DNA of 64,000 nucleotides. Source: Selaginella moellendorffii. Its lineage: Eukaryota > Plantae > Lycopodiophyta. The notes beneath the pieces are model-generated. The model was given only the letters and a program-made list of their open reading frames with translations, searched no databases and was not told where the DNA came from. Positions 52,614 to 63,897 of the stretch are shown one piece after another. The stretch spans positions 844,853 to 908,852 of the forward strand of contig NW_003314336.1 in NCBI RefSeq assembly GCF_000143415.4. Reading direction: 5' to 3'. The position numbers and the translations under genes were made by a program. Every line of letters starts with the position of its first letter. Position 1 is the first letter of the stretch.

Positions 52614-54190
52614 GGCCTCGAATCGATGATCGCTGATAAAATGCGATGGATTCTTCCTCCAAAATCACACAATCGAGCTTCCCATTTGTAAGACATTCCA
52701 AATTCCCATTCGCATCCATGGGACAGGGATGATAGAGGCGAATATCCCCCTCTCCATTCAAACCTGTGGTACGGCGTGATCGTCGCCGTAGGATGCCAAC
52801 GGCTCAGATGCGTTTCTCCGTACCATGACGTAGCCGCCACGCCGGCCCTGTTCTGTTAATTTTTTTCCACGAGCGTGTCTCGACGGACGATGACAAGAAC
52901 AAAAATCTTCCCTGTAGCCCAGATTATATGTCTTGACTTCGATGATATGATTTTTCTATAAGCGGTGAACAGCTCACCTCCAATTCAGAAGGCGAGGACG
53001 TACTCATCCGTTCCTTCTCGGGTACATGTGTGTCCCGCTTTACATACGACTTTCTTCTCTTTTTTTTTCTCGCAAAGAATCTGGAAAAAAAAAAGCCAAT
53101 GACACGATCTCTAGGACTCAAAATCTCTTACCGTAGCTAACCGAAGTCTTTGTACAATGGGGCGCGGAAGATCGAGGTTTGAGATTTTCCACATCGCCCC
53201 CCATCGCTTGAACAGTGACGAAGATTTCAAACCTCGAGCCTCCACACCTCTGCGTTGGTGTGCGCTATTGACAACAGCGCAAGCCATAGGCATATAGCGC
53301 TTCATCAGCTGACGAGACAAAAGCAGATAAGTTAGTTCGCAGGCCACCAAAGTTACGTCTAGGAACTTATAACTTACGGTATTTTGTTTGTTTGCATCAG
53401 CAATCGCAAACGCAACCGCAAAGCGCAGAATGGTGGCATGTCGCAATCGGCGAACGTGGAGCCAGGATAATCGATCGTGAGGAGTTTATGCCTGCCACCT
53501 TTGCGCCTTTTGACCAAGCTGCGCAGGAATAGCGAAAGAGTTAGAAGCCGGATACGAAGTTTAAAAACTTGAGAGCAGCTGACTAACTCTAGCGAATGGA
53601 AAAGAAACCAAGAAAACTGGTTAACCTCGCGCTTACCGCCGACAAATGGCAAAAGAAAAAGCGTACCTTGGAAATGCTTGAGATTCTTCCAGAGAAGAGG
53701 TCGCGCTCCAGCAACACGGAAAAGGCCGAGTGAGGCTCAACAGTGTTGCGTGCATTACCATATTCTTGGCCCCCGCATTGCATAGATGTCCTCTAAAGTC
53801 AGTCCTTTCTGAGCACCTCTTTTTCTTTCCTGCCTGCTTTCCCCCAAACCTCTTATTTTCCGTGTGCCGACCTCTTATCAGATTGACTGATTCAAGTTGT
53901 TTTGTAGCTCGTAGATACCCTCTACTCCCCCACAAATCGTTTTCCCTTCCCCAAGGAAAGTCACCAGCGTTTGTTTTCATGTCTCAATCTGCACATAATT
54001 CCCTGCTGCTCGCCACAACCGCTGCTGTTGCTGCTGCTACTGCTGCGGCTGCTTTTCGTGCTGCAAAAGCTCCTCATTCCCTTGTTCTTGAAGAGCTCTG
54101 AGCAAGGGGGTGTGCAGTCATCCGGTTCCAAGTTGAGGAAGAAGCGCAGCTGGATCATATGGTAATAATTCACCACTTTTGCCATCAAGG

Positions 54191-55435
54191 ATGCCCTGGT
54201 GTTGCGTCAGGCGAGGCAGCAGCACGAGTACCAGCAGCAGCAACACCACCAGGCTCAAGGATGCGGCTATGATAGCAACTTGCTTCATCTCCTTTGTGGC
54301 AGCCTTCGCAGTAGCCATGACCACAATTGCTCACAGCGGCGCAAAGAACCTGGCAGCTTCGGTGAGCATACTGGGATCCATAATCTTGGTGCCACCAGTC
54401 CTGGTAAGTTTGTTCCTTTCTCGACTTACTACCAGACGCGGTAGTCCCGGTCAGTCTGACGACGAAGAAGACGCGGCCGCCGCTCTTGAGCTGGAGATCC
54501 AGGCGCAGCAACAGCTATGGTGGTTCCAATTCCAGGAGTTCGCAATGGAGGACGTCGCTGTGAATCTCCTCGAGCTCCAGGAGCCCGGTAGAGTGAGCTT
54601 CCATGGCTGCTTGCGGCTTGGCCCCGACAGTATGCAGGAGGTGTCGATACGGAAACTGGAGCTCACCAAGGCCGTTGACCTGCTTACACACCTAGAATCC
54701 GCGGAAATCCGGCAGGAAACTGTCAACCTTGGATCTCTTCGGAGATGTAACGTCCTGCCGCTCCTGGGCTTCAGCCTCACTCACTCATATCTGCTACTGT
54801 TCATGCCGAAGTTGAGGAGCCTCACTGACGTGCTCAGAAATTCCAGCCTGAGTTGGAGCTGTCGCTGCCGAGTTGCCGCCTTGGTTGCGAGAGGCCTATC
54901 CAGGCTTCACTACTCGAGAGAAGCAGCGGCGACGAGTAATGGGCCAGCAAGCAGTGTGGTGACGGCGGTTCTCCATGGGAATATCCGGTCAGAAAACGTC
55001 CATCTCCTGCTGGAAGAAGCCACTGACGATTCACCCCCGACATGCACCCCCTATATCGCGGACACCGGATTTGTGAAGCTCACTTCCATGCCGATTTTCC
55101 GCCCCGACGAGATGATCACAAATACTCGAGGCTATGCTGCACCAGAAGTGTCCTCTGGAGGGGCCTTGACGACCAAAAGCGAAGTCTATAGCTTCGGAGT
55201 TGTACTCTGCGTGCTGCTCTCCGGACAAACGGACGTCGCGGCATTGAATCCCGTGGCCTTGCTGAAGCAAAAGCTGAAACGACTTATGGATCCCAAGTTG
55301 GAGAAGTCGTACAACGGGAGTCAGGCACGAACGATCCAGCAGACAGCTCTCAAGTGTATTCAGAGAGATCCCATGCAGAGACCGGACATGATACGGGTGG
55401 AGGCTTGGCTGCGATCTTTGCTGCTGCACACGTGA
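54191..55435 (+). CDS. Intronless RLK/Pelle-type predicted pseudokinase with two N-terminal hydrophobic segments and almost no ectodomain
   Basis: LSWSCRCRVAALVARGLSRLH, HGNIRSENV (no HRD), ADTG (no DFG), TRGYAAPE, SEVYSFGVVL, CIQRDPMQRPDM; no Gly-rich loop. Confidence 0.78.
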   Translation: MPWCCVRRGSSTSTSSSNTTRLKDAAMIATCFISFVAAFAVAMTTIAHSGAKNLAASVSILGSIILVPPVLVSLFLSRLTTRRGSPGQSDDEEDAAAALELEIQAQQQLWWFQFQEFAMEDVAVNLLELQEPGRVSFHGCLRLGPDSMQEVSIRKLELTKAVDLLTHLESAEIRQETVNLGSLRRCNVLPLLGFSLTHSYLLLFMPKLRSLTDVLRNSSLSWSCRCRVAALVARGLSRLHYSREAAATSNGPASSVVTAVLHGNIRSENVHLLLEEATDDSPPTCTPYIADTGFVKLTSMPIFRPDEMITNTRGYAAPEVSSGGALTTKSEVYSFGVVLCVLLSGQTDVAALNPVALLKQKLKRLMDPKLEKSYNGSQARTIQQTALKCIQRDPMQRPDMIRVEAWLRSLLLHT

Positions 55436-55448
55436 GCCGGCGATGGTC

Positions 55449-57190
55449 CTAAATCTGGGTGAGCGGAAACATCTGCTCTGTGAGATTCTGTGCTGCACTT
55501 TCAGTCGGAAGGCCTCGGACAGCTCCGATAGTCCACTGAGATATAACTCCCGCAGCAACTACGAACCTCAAGGCCCTCTCAAGCCGGTCCTGATCTTCGA
55601 AAATATCAGGCTGGGCCACCAGCTTTCTGATAATCGCTGAAATGGAAAACACGATGGTAGTTAGTATAAAAACTATACAAGCACAACGAGCGGATAACTT
55701 ACCGGCAGAGATGGTGTCACCAGACCCTGTTCTGTCGCAGCTGAAAGCAGAGACAATCACATCTTCCGTGCCAACAACGTCGCCGTGAAACTTTGGAGTA
55801 TAGTAATGAATCCTGTACGTACCATCCGTGACGAAGAGAATTTTGATGTTGTCACGCCATATCGGAGCAATCTGCTCAAGGGTGTAGTGGTACTCAAACC
55901 GCTGATTTTTCCGGGCCTGAAATTCTTCCCATGATGAAGCTATGGAGTCCTTAGCGAGAAGCCTCATCGCTAAGCCTTCGTCTTCAATCAGGAACTCAAG
56001 CTCCACCTTGTTGATTTTGATAATGTCCGAGCTCGTCCACGCCTTCTCGATAGCTTCCCACGTCGCTTCTCGTGATATCCAGAATGGAAGAGGGAAGTTC
56101 ACATCAAAGAATATGAGCGAGCCAAAGCCTCGGGCAGCGTCGATAGCGGACATGAGTGTCGAGCACATTTTTTCCGTTGTCAAGCTGATCGATGAGAAAT
56201 GGAAAAGTTTCGCCTGAGAGACAAGAAAAAACATGAGTCTCACACCTAGAACAAAAGCAAATGCCTTACCTCCTTGAGAATGTCCATGTTAACCTCGGAC
56301 ATGTCAAGGTTGTTTTCAGCGCTCTCGCGTAGGCATTGCATGGATAGTTTGCGCTTCCCAAGCCGTTCAATCTTCCACCGTGACAGAGACGAGGAACGTA
56401 GCTGGTCGACTATCACACCCTTCGTTTCGACTTTGTTTTCTCGTAGAGTCTCGAGAAGCTCCTTGCCGAGATCGTCATTGCCAAGTTTGCCAATGAAGGC
56501 TGCCTTCCCAGCGAGACGAGCAATCGAGATAGCAACATTGGCAGGCGATGTCCCTGGGCTTCGTGCGAACTCCGGAGGCATCCACTGCAAGCCTTTCCAC
56601 GTAGAGTAGGCATCTTCGTCCATCTGCTTTACGCACACCCGGACGGAAGGAATGAAGTCCTTGTACGCCTCGCCAAAGCAGCAAACCAGAGGATTTGGTT
56701 CGTTCCTAGGCTTTACGAAAGTCTCCTCGAACTCCCTTCCCAGCCATGGAAACTGTTTCTTCCATAGCCTTCGCGCTGGGTTCCGGAAGAAACTTTTCCT
56801 CTTCTCCACCTCTTCTGGATCTTCAAACTCTGCTGCTTCCACCTCCACCTCCGCAGCTCCACTGCTAGATAGAAATCTATCCTCTTTGCCTGCTTGGATC
56901 AAAGAATCCTCATGCTGTCCGGTACCACTACCTGTGAGAGGATTTCTTCTCCGGGAAACGCTACTGCTTGCCGCCTCGGAAGAAGATGAAGATTTCTTCC
57001 GGCGGGGAGCCCCAGAGCCCTCGGAAGCCAATTTCTTGGCCGCATTCTTCTTCCTGGGCTTCTTCTCCTCTGGAGCGGCATCAGGCTGCTCCACCATCGC
57101 CCTAGCGCCGTGATTTCTCTGGAATCTACAGCGGCCGAGGAGCGCACACGAGACATTACCGGCATAGACGAACGGAGCTCCGACCGCCAT
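55449..57190 (-). CDS. FLN: Fructokinase-like protein (FLN, pfkB family; PEP-associated)
   Basis: PLVCCFGEA, WKGLQWMPPEFARSPGTSPANVAI, IFFDVNFPLPFW, LFVTDGT.RIHYYTP.F.G.VVGTEDV, CDRTGSGD, ISQWTIGAVRG.PTESA.QNL.EQ. Three exons. Confidence 0.9.
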
Positions 57191-57296
57191 CGCTCTACAT
57201 CCAAAAACCTTATAAACCCTAAAGACGTTTGAAATATTTCGAATGTAAGGGATTCTAGGCAAATGTAGGTGCTAGGGATCAATCAATCGAGCACGG

Positions 57297-59342
57297 ATGG
57301 GCGCCGGTCGCCACACTCAGACGGTCCTCGTCGATTCGACATGGAATGGCGCAGCATTCCATTACCGCGGCCTCCATCCTCGTGATCTTGGCGCGGTGAT
57401 CTTCGTTTGCAACGGCGAGACGATGGAGGAGTGCCTGAGGAAGAATCTTTTCGGACTGCCGCGGCCACACATCGCCTACGTCCAGCACATCGACGCAGGG
57501 ATGCCCCTCTTCTTGTTCAACTACGACGATCGATCGCTCCACGGCGTCTTCGCGGCCACTGGCAGGGGCGCCCTCTCGATCGATCCTCACGCCTGGAGCC
57601 CCAACGGTAGCGCGCCGACGAAGTACCCCTGCCAGGTTCGTGTCCGGCTGGAAATCCAGTGCGCTCCACTGCCGGAGAAGGTTTTCTCGAGAGTGATCAA
57701 GGAGAACTACGTCTCCGCGGGGCGATTCATGTTCGAGCTTACCAGGAAGCAAATGCACGAGCTTGTGGGACTCTTCACCAAGGGAAAGGTAGCATCTTCT
57801 TCGAAGAGCCCTGTGGTGGCTCCTCCTCCTCTTCCTCCGCCACCAAGCAACAGAGCTCCCACGGCGTGGAAGCAAGTGGTAGCAGCTCCTCCTCCGGCTG
57901 TTCTTCCTCAAGCGGCGCCGCCACCACCACCACCGCCAGCAGCTGTGAAGTCCGAGAATTTGCCACCTCCGAGTCCGAGTCCTCGAGCGCCGCCACCACC
58001 TTCCAGTGATGCAGATCAAGAGTACATTGTTCCGGCAGTTCCTACAGCACAACTCGTGGTCCAGGAGGCTCTCCACTCCGAGGACAATTCTACAGTGCTG
58101 GATCGTATCCTCGAGAAGCTCAAGGTTGTCGATCCTCCCGAGGAGAAGAATGTCTCGGCTTCCTCGTCGTCTCAAGAGATCATCTTTGGCGCCGCGATTC
58201 CTACCGACATGGGGAGCTTGATGCTAGCTTCCGGAGGGCAGTTTGATCCTTCCGTCGCGAAAGCGGTGGATAAAAGCTTGCGGCTGTGCTCCGACGCTGT
58301 GGCGGAGATGCGTGAGACCGAGATCCGGCTGGGCAAGACGATGGAGGAGCTGAGAGTGAAAGGGGAGTGTCTCAAGGAGCTGGATGCTGTCCGAGCCAAG
58401 AACTTGGAGCTTGCCAACGTGAGCATCAGCTTGTCGGGGCAACTCCAAGAGCTCAAGGCGGAGGTGGCGGCGGTGAAGCGCTTGGCCACGTTTCAGGCGT
58501 TGTATCTCATCGGTGGCTCCAGTGGCGAAGGGAAAGATCGCTCTGTGGACAAGTTCGTGCTGCGTACCGGCGAGCTTTGGCAGGCGGCGCCTCTGCTAGC
58601 ACCACGATCGTGTTCCGCGGCCGGAGTTTTGAGTGGGAAGATCTACGTGTTTGGAGGCACCATTGGAGAGACCAACGTGACCTCGACCGAGCAGTATGAT
58701 CCGGAAGAAAACGTCTGGAGTGTGGTGAGCAAGCCGATGGTCAAAGCTCGCGCATACCACGGAGGAGCCGTGGTTGGAAGCAGGATCTTTGCTCTCGGTG
58801 GTAGAAACGACACTGCCTTCCTCTCGGAGACGGAGTCATTCGATCAGGAGGTGGGATGGATGGCTTCGGTCCCAATGATGGAGAGACGAGGCGCATTCTC
58901 TCCGGTGGTGGTGGAGGGATCGATCTACGCTTTCGGTGGAACAGACGGGAACCTCTACCTCGACTCGGCCGAGCGGTTTGATCCACGCGAGGGCATCTGG
59001 AGGAGCCTTCCGCCGATGAGCTCCAAGCGGCTGTGGTTCCAGTCGGCTGCCTGGAACAACAAAGTCTACGTGCTCGGGGGCCACGATGGTTGCGACTACT
59101 TGGCGAATGTGGAGCGCTTTGATCCTCGCGCTGGGAAGTGGGAGACGATCAAGCCACTGGCTGGGTCGAGAGCTCACGGTGCTGCGGCGGTGGTGGACGG
59201 ATCCATTTGCGTGGTGGCGGGGCTGGACAAGAAGCATCACTTCGTCAACACCATCGAGTGCTACGGTGAATCGTCGAGCTCGCGAGTGATCGAAGTTTGT
59301 GATCTCCACCAGCGCAGCTTGTTCTCCCTTGGAGTGATCTGA
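57297..59342 (+). CDS. DCD (development and cell death) domain + Pro-rich linker + coiled coil + Kelch-repeat protein, intronless
   Basis: GAVIFVCNGETMEECL..NLFGLP...GMPLFLFNY...LHGVF (DCD); repeated IYVFGG/IFALGG...ERFDPR..W Kelch blades. Confidence 0.9.
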   Translation: MGAGRHTQTVLVDSTWNGAAFHYRGLHPRDLGAVIFVCNGETMEECLRKNLFGLPRPHIAYVQHIDAGMPLFLFNYDDRSLHGVFAATGRGALSIDPHAWSPNGSAPTKYPCQVRVRLEIQCAPLPEKVFSRVIKENYVSAGRFMFELTRKQMHELVGLFTKGKVASSSKSPVVAPPPLPPPPSNRAPTAWKQVVAAPPPAVLPQAAPPPPPPPAAVKSENLPPPSPSPRAPPPPSSDADQEYIVPAVPTAQLVVQEALHSEDNSTVLDRILEKLKVVDPPEEKNVSASSSSQEIIFGAAIPTDMGSLMLASGGQFDPSVAKAVDKSLRLCSDAVAEMRETEIRLGKTMEELRVKGECLKELDAVRAKNLELANVSISLSGQLQELKAEVAAVKRLATFQALYLIGGSSGEGKDRSVDKFVLRTGELWQAAPLLAPRSCSAAGVLSGKIYVFGGTIGETNVTSTEQYDPEENVWSVVSKPMVKARAYHGGAVVGSRIFALGGRNDTAFLSETESFDQEVGWMASVPMMERRGAFSPVVVEGSIYAFGGTDGNLYLDSAERFDPREGIWRSLPPMSSKRLWFQSAAWNNKVYVLGGHDGCDYLANVERFDPRAGKWETIKPLAGSRAHGAAAVVDGSICVVAGLDKKHHFVNTIECYGESSSSRVIEVCDLHQRSLFSLGVI

Positions 59343-59486
59343 TCGCCGGTATGGTTTTTCTTCGCTATCTCTCTCACACTCTTTCTTCTTTGTTTGACAA
59401 GCTTAATAAGTTTCGTTTTGCGATAGATAGATTTCATTTCCTTGTAGAAAACCTTTTAGAGAAACATTTTAGGGCTGGAGGGAGTG

Positions 59487-60953
59487 ATGGCCGGCGATGG
59501 CGCTGGCGATGGCTCTGGCGGTGCCCCGCGACGGCTCAAGGGCAAGCTCTGCCGCGAAGAGGTAGCAGTAGTGCTAGCGGCAGTGGCAACGGCAGTGGTT
59601 CTTGTCCAGCGATTCGTGGATGAGCACAGCTTGCTTGTGCTTCTCCCCGGCAATGCTGCGGCCGCCCTGGAGTCGTCAATGCAGGCTACCAGCAGCGCGC
59701 TCGCGAAGCTCCAGACTATGTTCTCGCTCACGGCGGCGAGCGATGCCGCGGCCGCCGCTGCTGATCCGGCCATCGCCAGCGACGATGATCGCCAGCTCCA
59801 TTCTTCCTCGTCGAGCCTGAGAAAGGCCGTCCATGCGATGGGGGATACGATCGCTCCTCCTCGGTTTCACGATGTTTTCCAAAGCGGTGACGATGTCCAC
59901 TGGAAGGCGAGCTTCCGGATGTCTCGGGCCAGTTTCGCGAGGCTGCTGGAGATTTTAGGCCCGGTTCTCGAGAGACAAGAGCCCGCTGACATCCCCGCCG
60001 ATCGAAAGCTGGCCGCGACGCTCTACCGCTTGGCTCACGGCGCGACCATCAAAGTCGTAGCTCGCAAGTTTGGAATCAGCACTGGCAGCTGCTCCAAGGC
60101 CTTCTACGACGTTTGCAAGGGATTGGAGGAGAAGCTGGGCCACCTGTTCGATTTCCCGACGTCGAGCGAGAGATTGACGAGCATCTCCGGCGAGTTCGCC
60201 GCTGTAGGATTGCCACACTGCTGTGGAGCTCTTGGCTGCACCAACTTTGCCGTGGAGAGGCCGCCGGGAGAAATGGGGATCGACTACTTCGATCACACCA
60301 GGAACTACAGCGTCGTGATGCAAGGGGTGGTGGACTCTCGCTCGCGGTTTCTCGACATCTCGGTGGGCTGGCCGGGATGCATCCCTCCCGCCGCCATCCT
60401 TCTCAAGACGAGGTTCTACTCGCGAGTTCGAGAGAGCCATGAACTTCTCCAAGGACCTCCGCTGGACCTCGGTGGTGGCATTTTCATTCCTCGCTACGTT
60501 CTCGGAGACCGCTCCTACAACTTGCAGCCGTGGCTCATCACTCCATACTCCCAGCCCGAGGATTCGAGCTTCGATCTGACTGCTCTCTTCAACAAGGCAC
60601 ACAGGCATGCAATGCGGCCGCTGCGTCGAGCTTTCGGGATGCTCAAGGAGCAGTGGCAGCTGCTCAAGACGACGCAGCGGGTGGACAGCATCGAGCTGCT
60701 GCCGTTCATCGTGGCGGCGTCGTGCGTGCTCCAGAACTTCCTCATCGACAACGGGGAGGCGATGCCCGAGGTGGAGGAGGAGCTGGAGCAGCGGGAGCCG
60801 GCGGTGGTGGACGGGGATCCAGACGTTTACGGGGAGAGCGTGCGAAGCGCTTTGGCAGGCTTTGTCGGGCAGTATCAAACAGCAATGGGATTTGGAGGAG
60901 GTCCAGTGCGATCCGTGGGTCAGATGGTGGTAGATGGAACGAGGAACGGCTAG
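59487..60953 (+). CDS. Domesticated PIF/Harbinger transposase-derived nuclease-like protein (HDP1/ALP1/HARBI1 group; most like HDP1)
   Basis: W...FRMSR..F, LAATLYRLAHG (HTH), CCGALG, SVVMQGVVDSRSRFLDISVGWPG, YVLGD..Y..PWLITPY, AFGMLK..W, ELLPFIV...CVLQNFL. No TIRs seen; flanked by normal genes. Confidence 0.85.
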   Translation: MAGDGAGDGSGGAPRRLKGKLCREEVAVVLAAVATAVVLVQRFVDEHSLLVLLPGNAAAALESSMQATSSALAKLQTMFSLTAASDAAAAAADPAIASDDDRQLHSSSSSLRKAVHAMGDTIAPPRFHDVFQSGDDVHWKASFRMSRASFARLLEILGPVLERQEPADIPADRKLAATLYRLAHGATIKVVARKFGISTGSCSKAFYDVCKGLEEKLGHLFDFPTSSERLTSISGEFAAVGLPHCCGALGCTNFAVERPPGEMGIDYFDHTRNYSVVMQGVVDSRSRFLDISVGWPGCIPPAAILLKTRFYSRVRESHELLQGPPLDLGGGIFIPRYVLGDRSYNLQPWLITPYSQPEDSSFDLTALFNKAHRHAMRPLRRAFGMLKEQWQLLKTTQRVDSIELLPFIVAASCVLQNFLIDNGEAMPEVEEELEQREPAVVDGDPDVYGESVRSALAGFVGQYQTAMGFGGGPVRSVGQMVVDGTRNG

Positions 60954-61565
60954 TCAGTCAGTCGGACAGGATTGGGACACTACGCAGGTATTTCGGAGGC
61001 TCTCTCGGGCGGACTTTTTTTTTTTCTTTTCTTTTCTACTCATTTGTGGATGGTGGAAGGATTTCAGGAAGGCAAAGTTAGACAAAGACGCGGTGTTTGA
61101 AGCAGAATATCCAGCACACAGTCCTACGAGGCCGAGATTTAATGTCCGGGCAGGGAAGCAGGGCCGGGTGGTTTTCTTATCTTTGGGATTTGGAGGTGGC
61201 TTAAGTTCAAGTCAAAACAGCAGACTCGGGCAACAGGCCCACCCGTCACATGTGGAGGATATACAGGGGATATGCGTTCTGGATGGCTGAGTGCCGTTGG
61301 ATCATCGTCTATTTCTCCCGTGGAATGGCATCCCACTGAAGGAGAGAGAGTGAGAGAGTCGGCGGCGGCTGTAGATTTTGTTTGGAGGGGCGGATGTGCT
61401 TTGGATGATGGTGGTTCAGTCTGGTTTGGAAGTGCTCATGGAGTTTTGGAACTGAGCTCTGTCTCTTCAGCTGCTGGTTTTTCGTGAGGGAGGTGGAGAT
61501 TTTAGTTTCCTGGTAGCGGTCCTTTAAATTTTTATTTTTTTTCTTTTACTGTTAGAGGAGGAGAA

Positions 61566-63553
61566 ATGCTGAGTGAGGGGGAGACTACTTTGGCAATGGC
61601 TGCTGGCTTGACAACAGTCGTACAGAATGGCTGTGTTGATGAGGCAGCAGGAGTGTTCGTAAGCACTGCAGAGGCAAAAGCCCCATGGAACAAGGACGAG
61701 GCAGCAAATGGTGCAGCTGAGTGTTCCAAGAGCAAAGCCAGGGATGGCTTGCTGGAGCTGCTGAACAAGTCAGGAGTACCTCCAGCGGCACAAGTAAGCA
61801 TTTCTTTCCTTTCTAGTTCTAGTAGTCGTGCTTTTTTCGTTTTAGCTTAGGATTCCAGAGAGCTTTGAGATCTGTTGGTAAGATTTTGATGGGCTAGTCT
61901 TTGAGAACTGACGACGTGTTGTTTTATCCTCGACTTTGGCAGAGGATGGCTCTTAACATACTCGTGAAGCTTGTCCGAACGGAGGGTGGAAGGTTTGAAA
62001 CTCATCTCTTTGCGAAGATTTTGTGCTCTCTGGTAAGCCTATTTCAATTTCTAGCTTCTATGCATCTCTAACAACTCGTATGCTGTGCAGATTGAGAGCA
62101 AAGGCACGATTGCCACTCCCCTAGATTGTTTGGCCAGCAAGTACTTTGTGTATGGAGACACAAGGTACGAGTTCGCTCTCGTCTGATGTATGGTTTTCGT
62201 AACATTCGCTTGTGTATCCAGATGTTGCGTGCTCGACAGGATACATCAGCTTGCCAAGAGTATCTCAGAAGGTAATCTGCTCAAGCTTTCGTTTGGCATC
62301 ATTCTTCTCACTTCTTCGCAGGAGGAACTCGTGGTATTGAGCTGTTGAAGGTTTTGTACGGATATCTGTTTGACAAAAATCCTTTAACATGTGAGAACTC
62401 TCTTTGGAAAAATTGCCACGACGCTGACAGTATCAATGTTTCTTTATGTGCAGCGGCATGCCTGGCTGCTCCAGAATTCGAACAGGTACGAACTTTGCTC
62501 TTGTTTATTGCTGTTTCCCTGCAGTGTTTGCAATTACATTTAGTTTCGTTTTCTTTCTGTCGTCTCATTTTGTGGTCGTTGATACGTTGATCCAGCGATT
62601 TCATCTGATGGAGAAATGCTGAATTGCAGAAAGCCGCAGTACTTGAGAGTGATAAGCAGTTCCTGGAGCAGATTACAGCTTTTTGTTCTGCTCTCGCAAC
62701 GGTACTCTTTTTATTTCTCTCTTTTTGTCAAGTTTTTTCACACGTAATTTCTTTTGTTTGACAGGAGCTTAATGGTCAAGGCGATGGTTGCCTGAGGTAT
62801 ACGAAAAGTTTTATTCTAAAGTGAAGTTCTCCCTCGCTGATTTGTTTGCTTCTCCAGAAACGCTAGCGTACTACGGATGCCGCAGCTCATATCTAGTCTT
62901 GTAGAAGAGAAAACGGTAGGGACTACATTCTTGACAAGACTGAACTTATATACGTTTTTTTGTAGAATGGCCGATGTAAAGCCAGTGTTGCAGACAATGC
63001 ACTGCAAGATCCCGAGAAGACTGTGAATGGGGAGGATTTGTCAGCGCTGGTCCTCACAGCAGCAAGAGGCAGAGGCAGCGAGGCTAACACCGGTGGTGCT
63101 GTGAGAGCCGGGACTCCGAAAAAGAAAGTGAGCGACGAAGATGAAGTAGAAAAAGAGGAAGAGGAGGAGGACGGTGGTGGTGAGAGCGGTGGAGACGAAG
63201 GTGACAGCGATGATCCCGACCATGGTGGCAACGAAGAGGAGGAAGAAGGCGAGGAGGAGGAGGAAGAGGAAGAGGAGGATGGAGAAGAAGAGGAGGAAGA
63301 TGGCGAGCAGCAACAGGGGGTTGGATCAAACGCTGCTGCTGCTGCTGCTGCTGCCGCTGCTGCTGCAAGAAACAACAATGCCATCGCCAGTGTTGATGGT
63401 GCTCCTGGATTCGACGAGGAAGAAGAAGAGAGCGATCAAGACGGTGGAGTGGAGGACGATGGCGAAGGAGCCGATGGAGGTGAGGATGAAGAGGACGACG
63501 ATGGCGACGACGATGAAGATGGAGCTCCACCACCCAAGAAAGCCAAGAAATGA
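61566..63553 (+). CDS. Multi-exon unknown protein: helical region plus a very acidic tail ending in an NLS-like PPPKKAKK
   Basis: A series of short GT-AG introns with coding-like exons (LVKLVRTEGGRFETHLF, LDCLASKYFVYGDTR) and a last exon rich in E/D with poly-Ala. The exon structure is only partly resolved. Confidence 0.6.
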
Positions 63554-63686
63554 AGAGCGCCACATTTTTCTCTTCTTTGTCTTCTTTGTTTTTCGCGAAC
63601 AAACACTCCTCACACACTGGTCGTTTTAAATTTGAAATTTCTAGCGATGCGAAGAGCCCTAAAAAGGGATTTGGAAGGCTCCGGGA

Positions 63687-63860
63687 ATGGTTTGATCGAT
63701 CGATCTATCGATTCGATCGCGACGCTTTTGTGCTCTTGCAGATCCAAGCCGTGTTCCTCGTGAGCCGCCAAGGGAAAGTGCGGCTCCAGAAATGGTACAC
63801 TGCTTATCCAGGGAAAGATCGGCCTAAAGTAAGCGCCTACATTTTCTCTGATTTCCTCTT

Positions 63861-63897
<37 letters not shown>

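Noticed and set aside
60954-61565. Extra exons or a uORF (61272-61487) between the HDP1-like gene and the acidic-tail gene
   Set aside because: An intron-like segment exists (~60989-61067), but there is no recognisable peptide; it cannot be assigned without transcripts.
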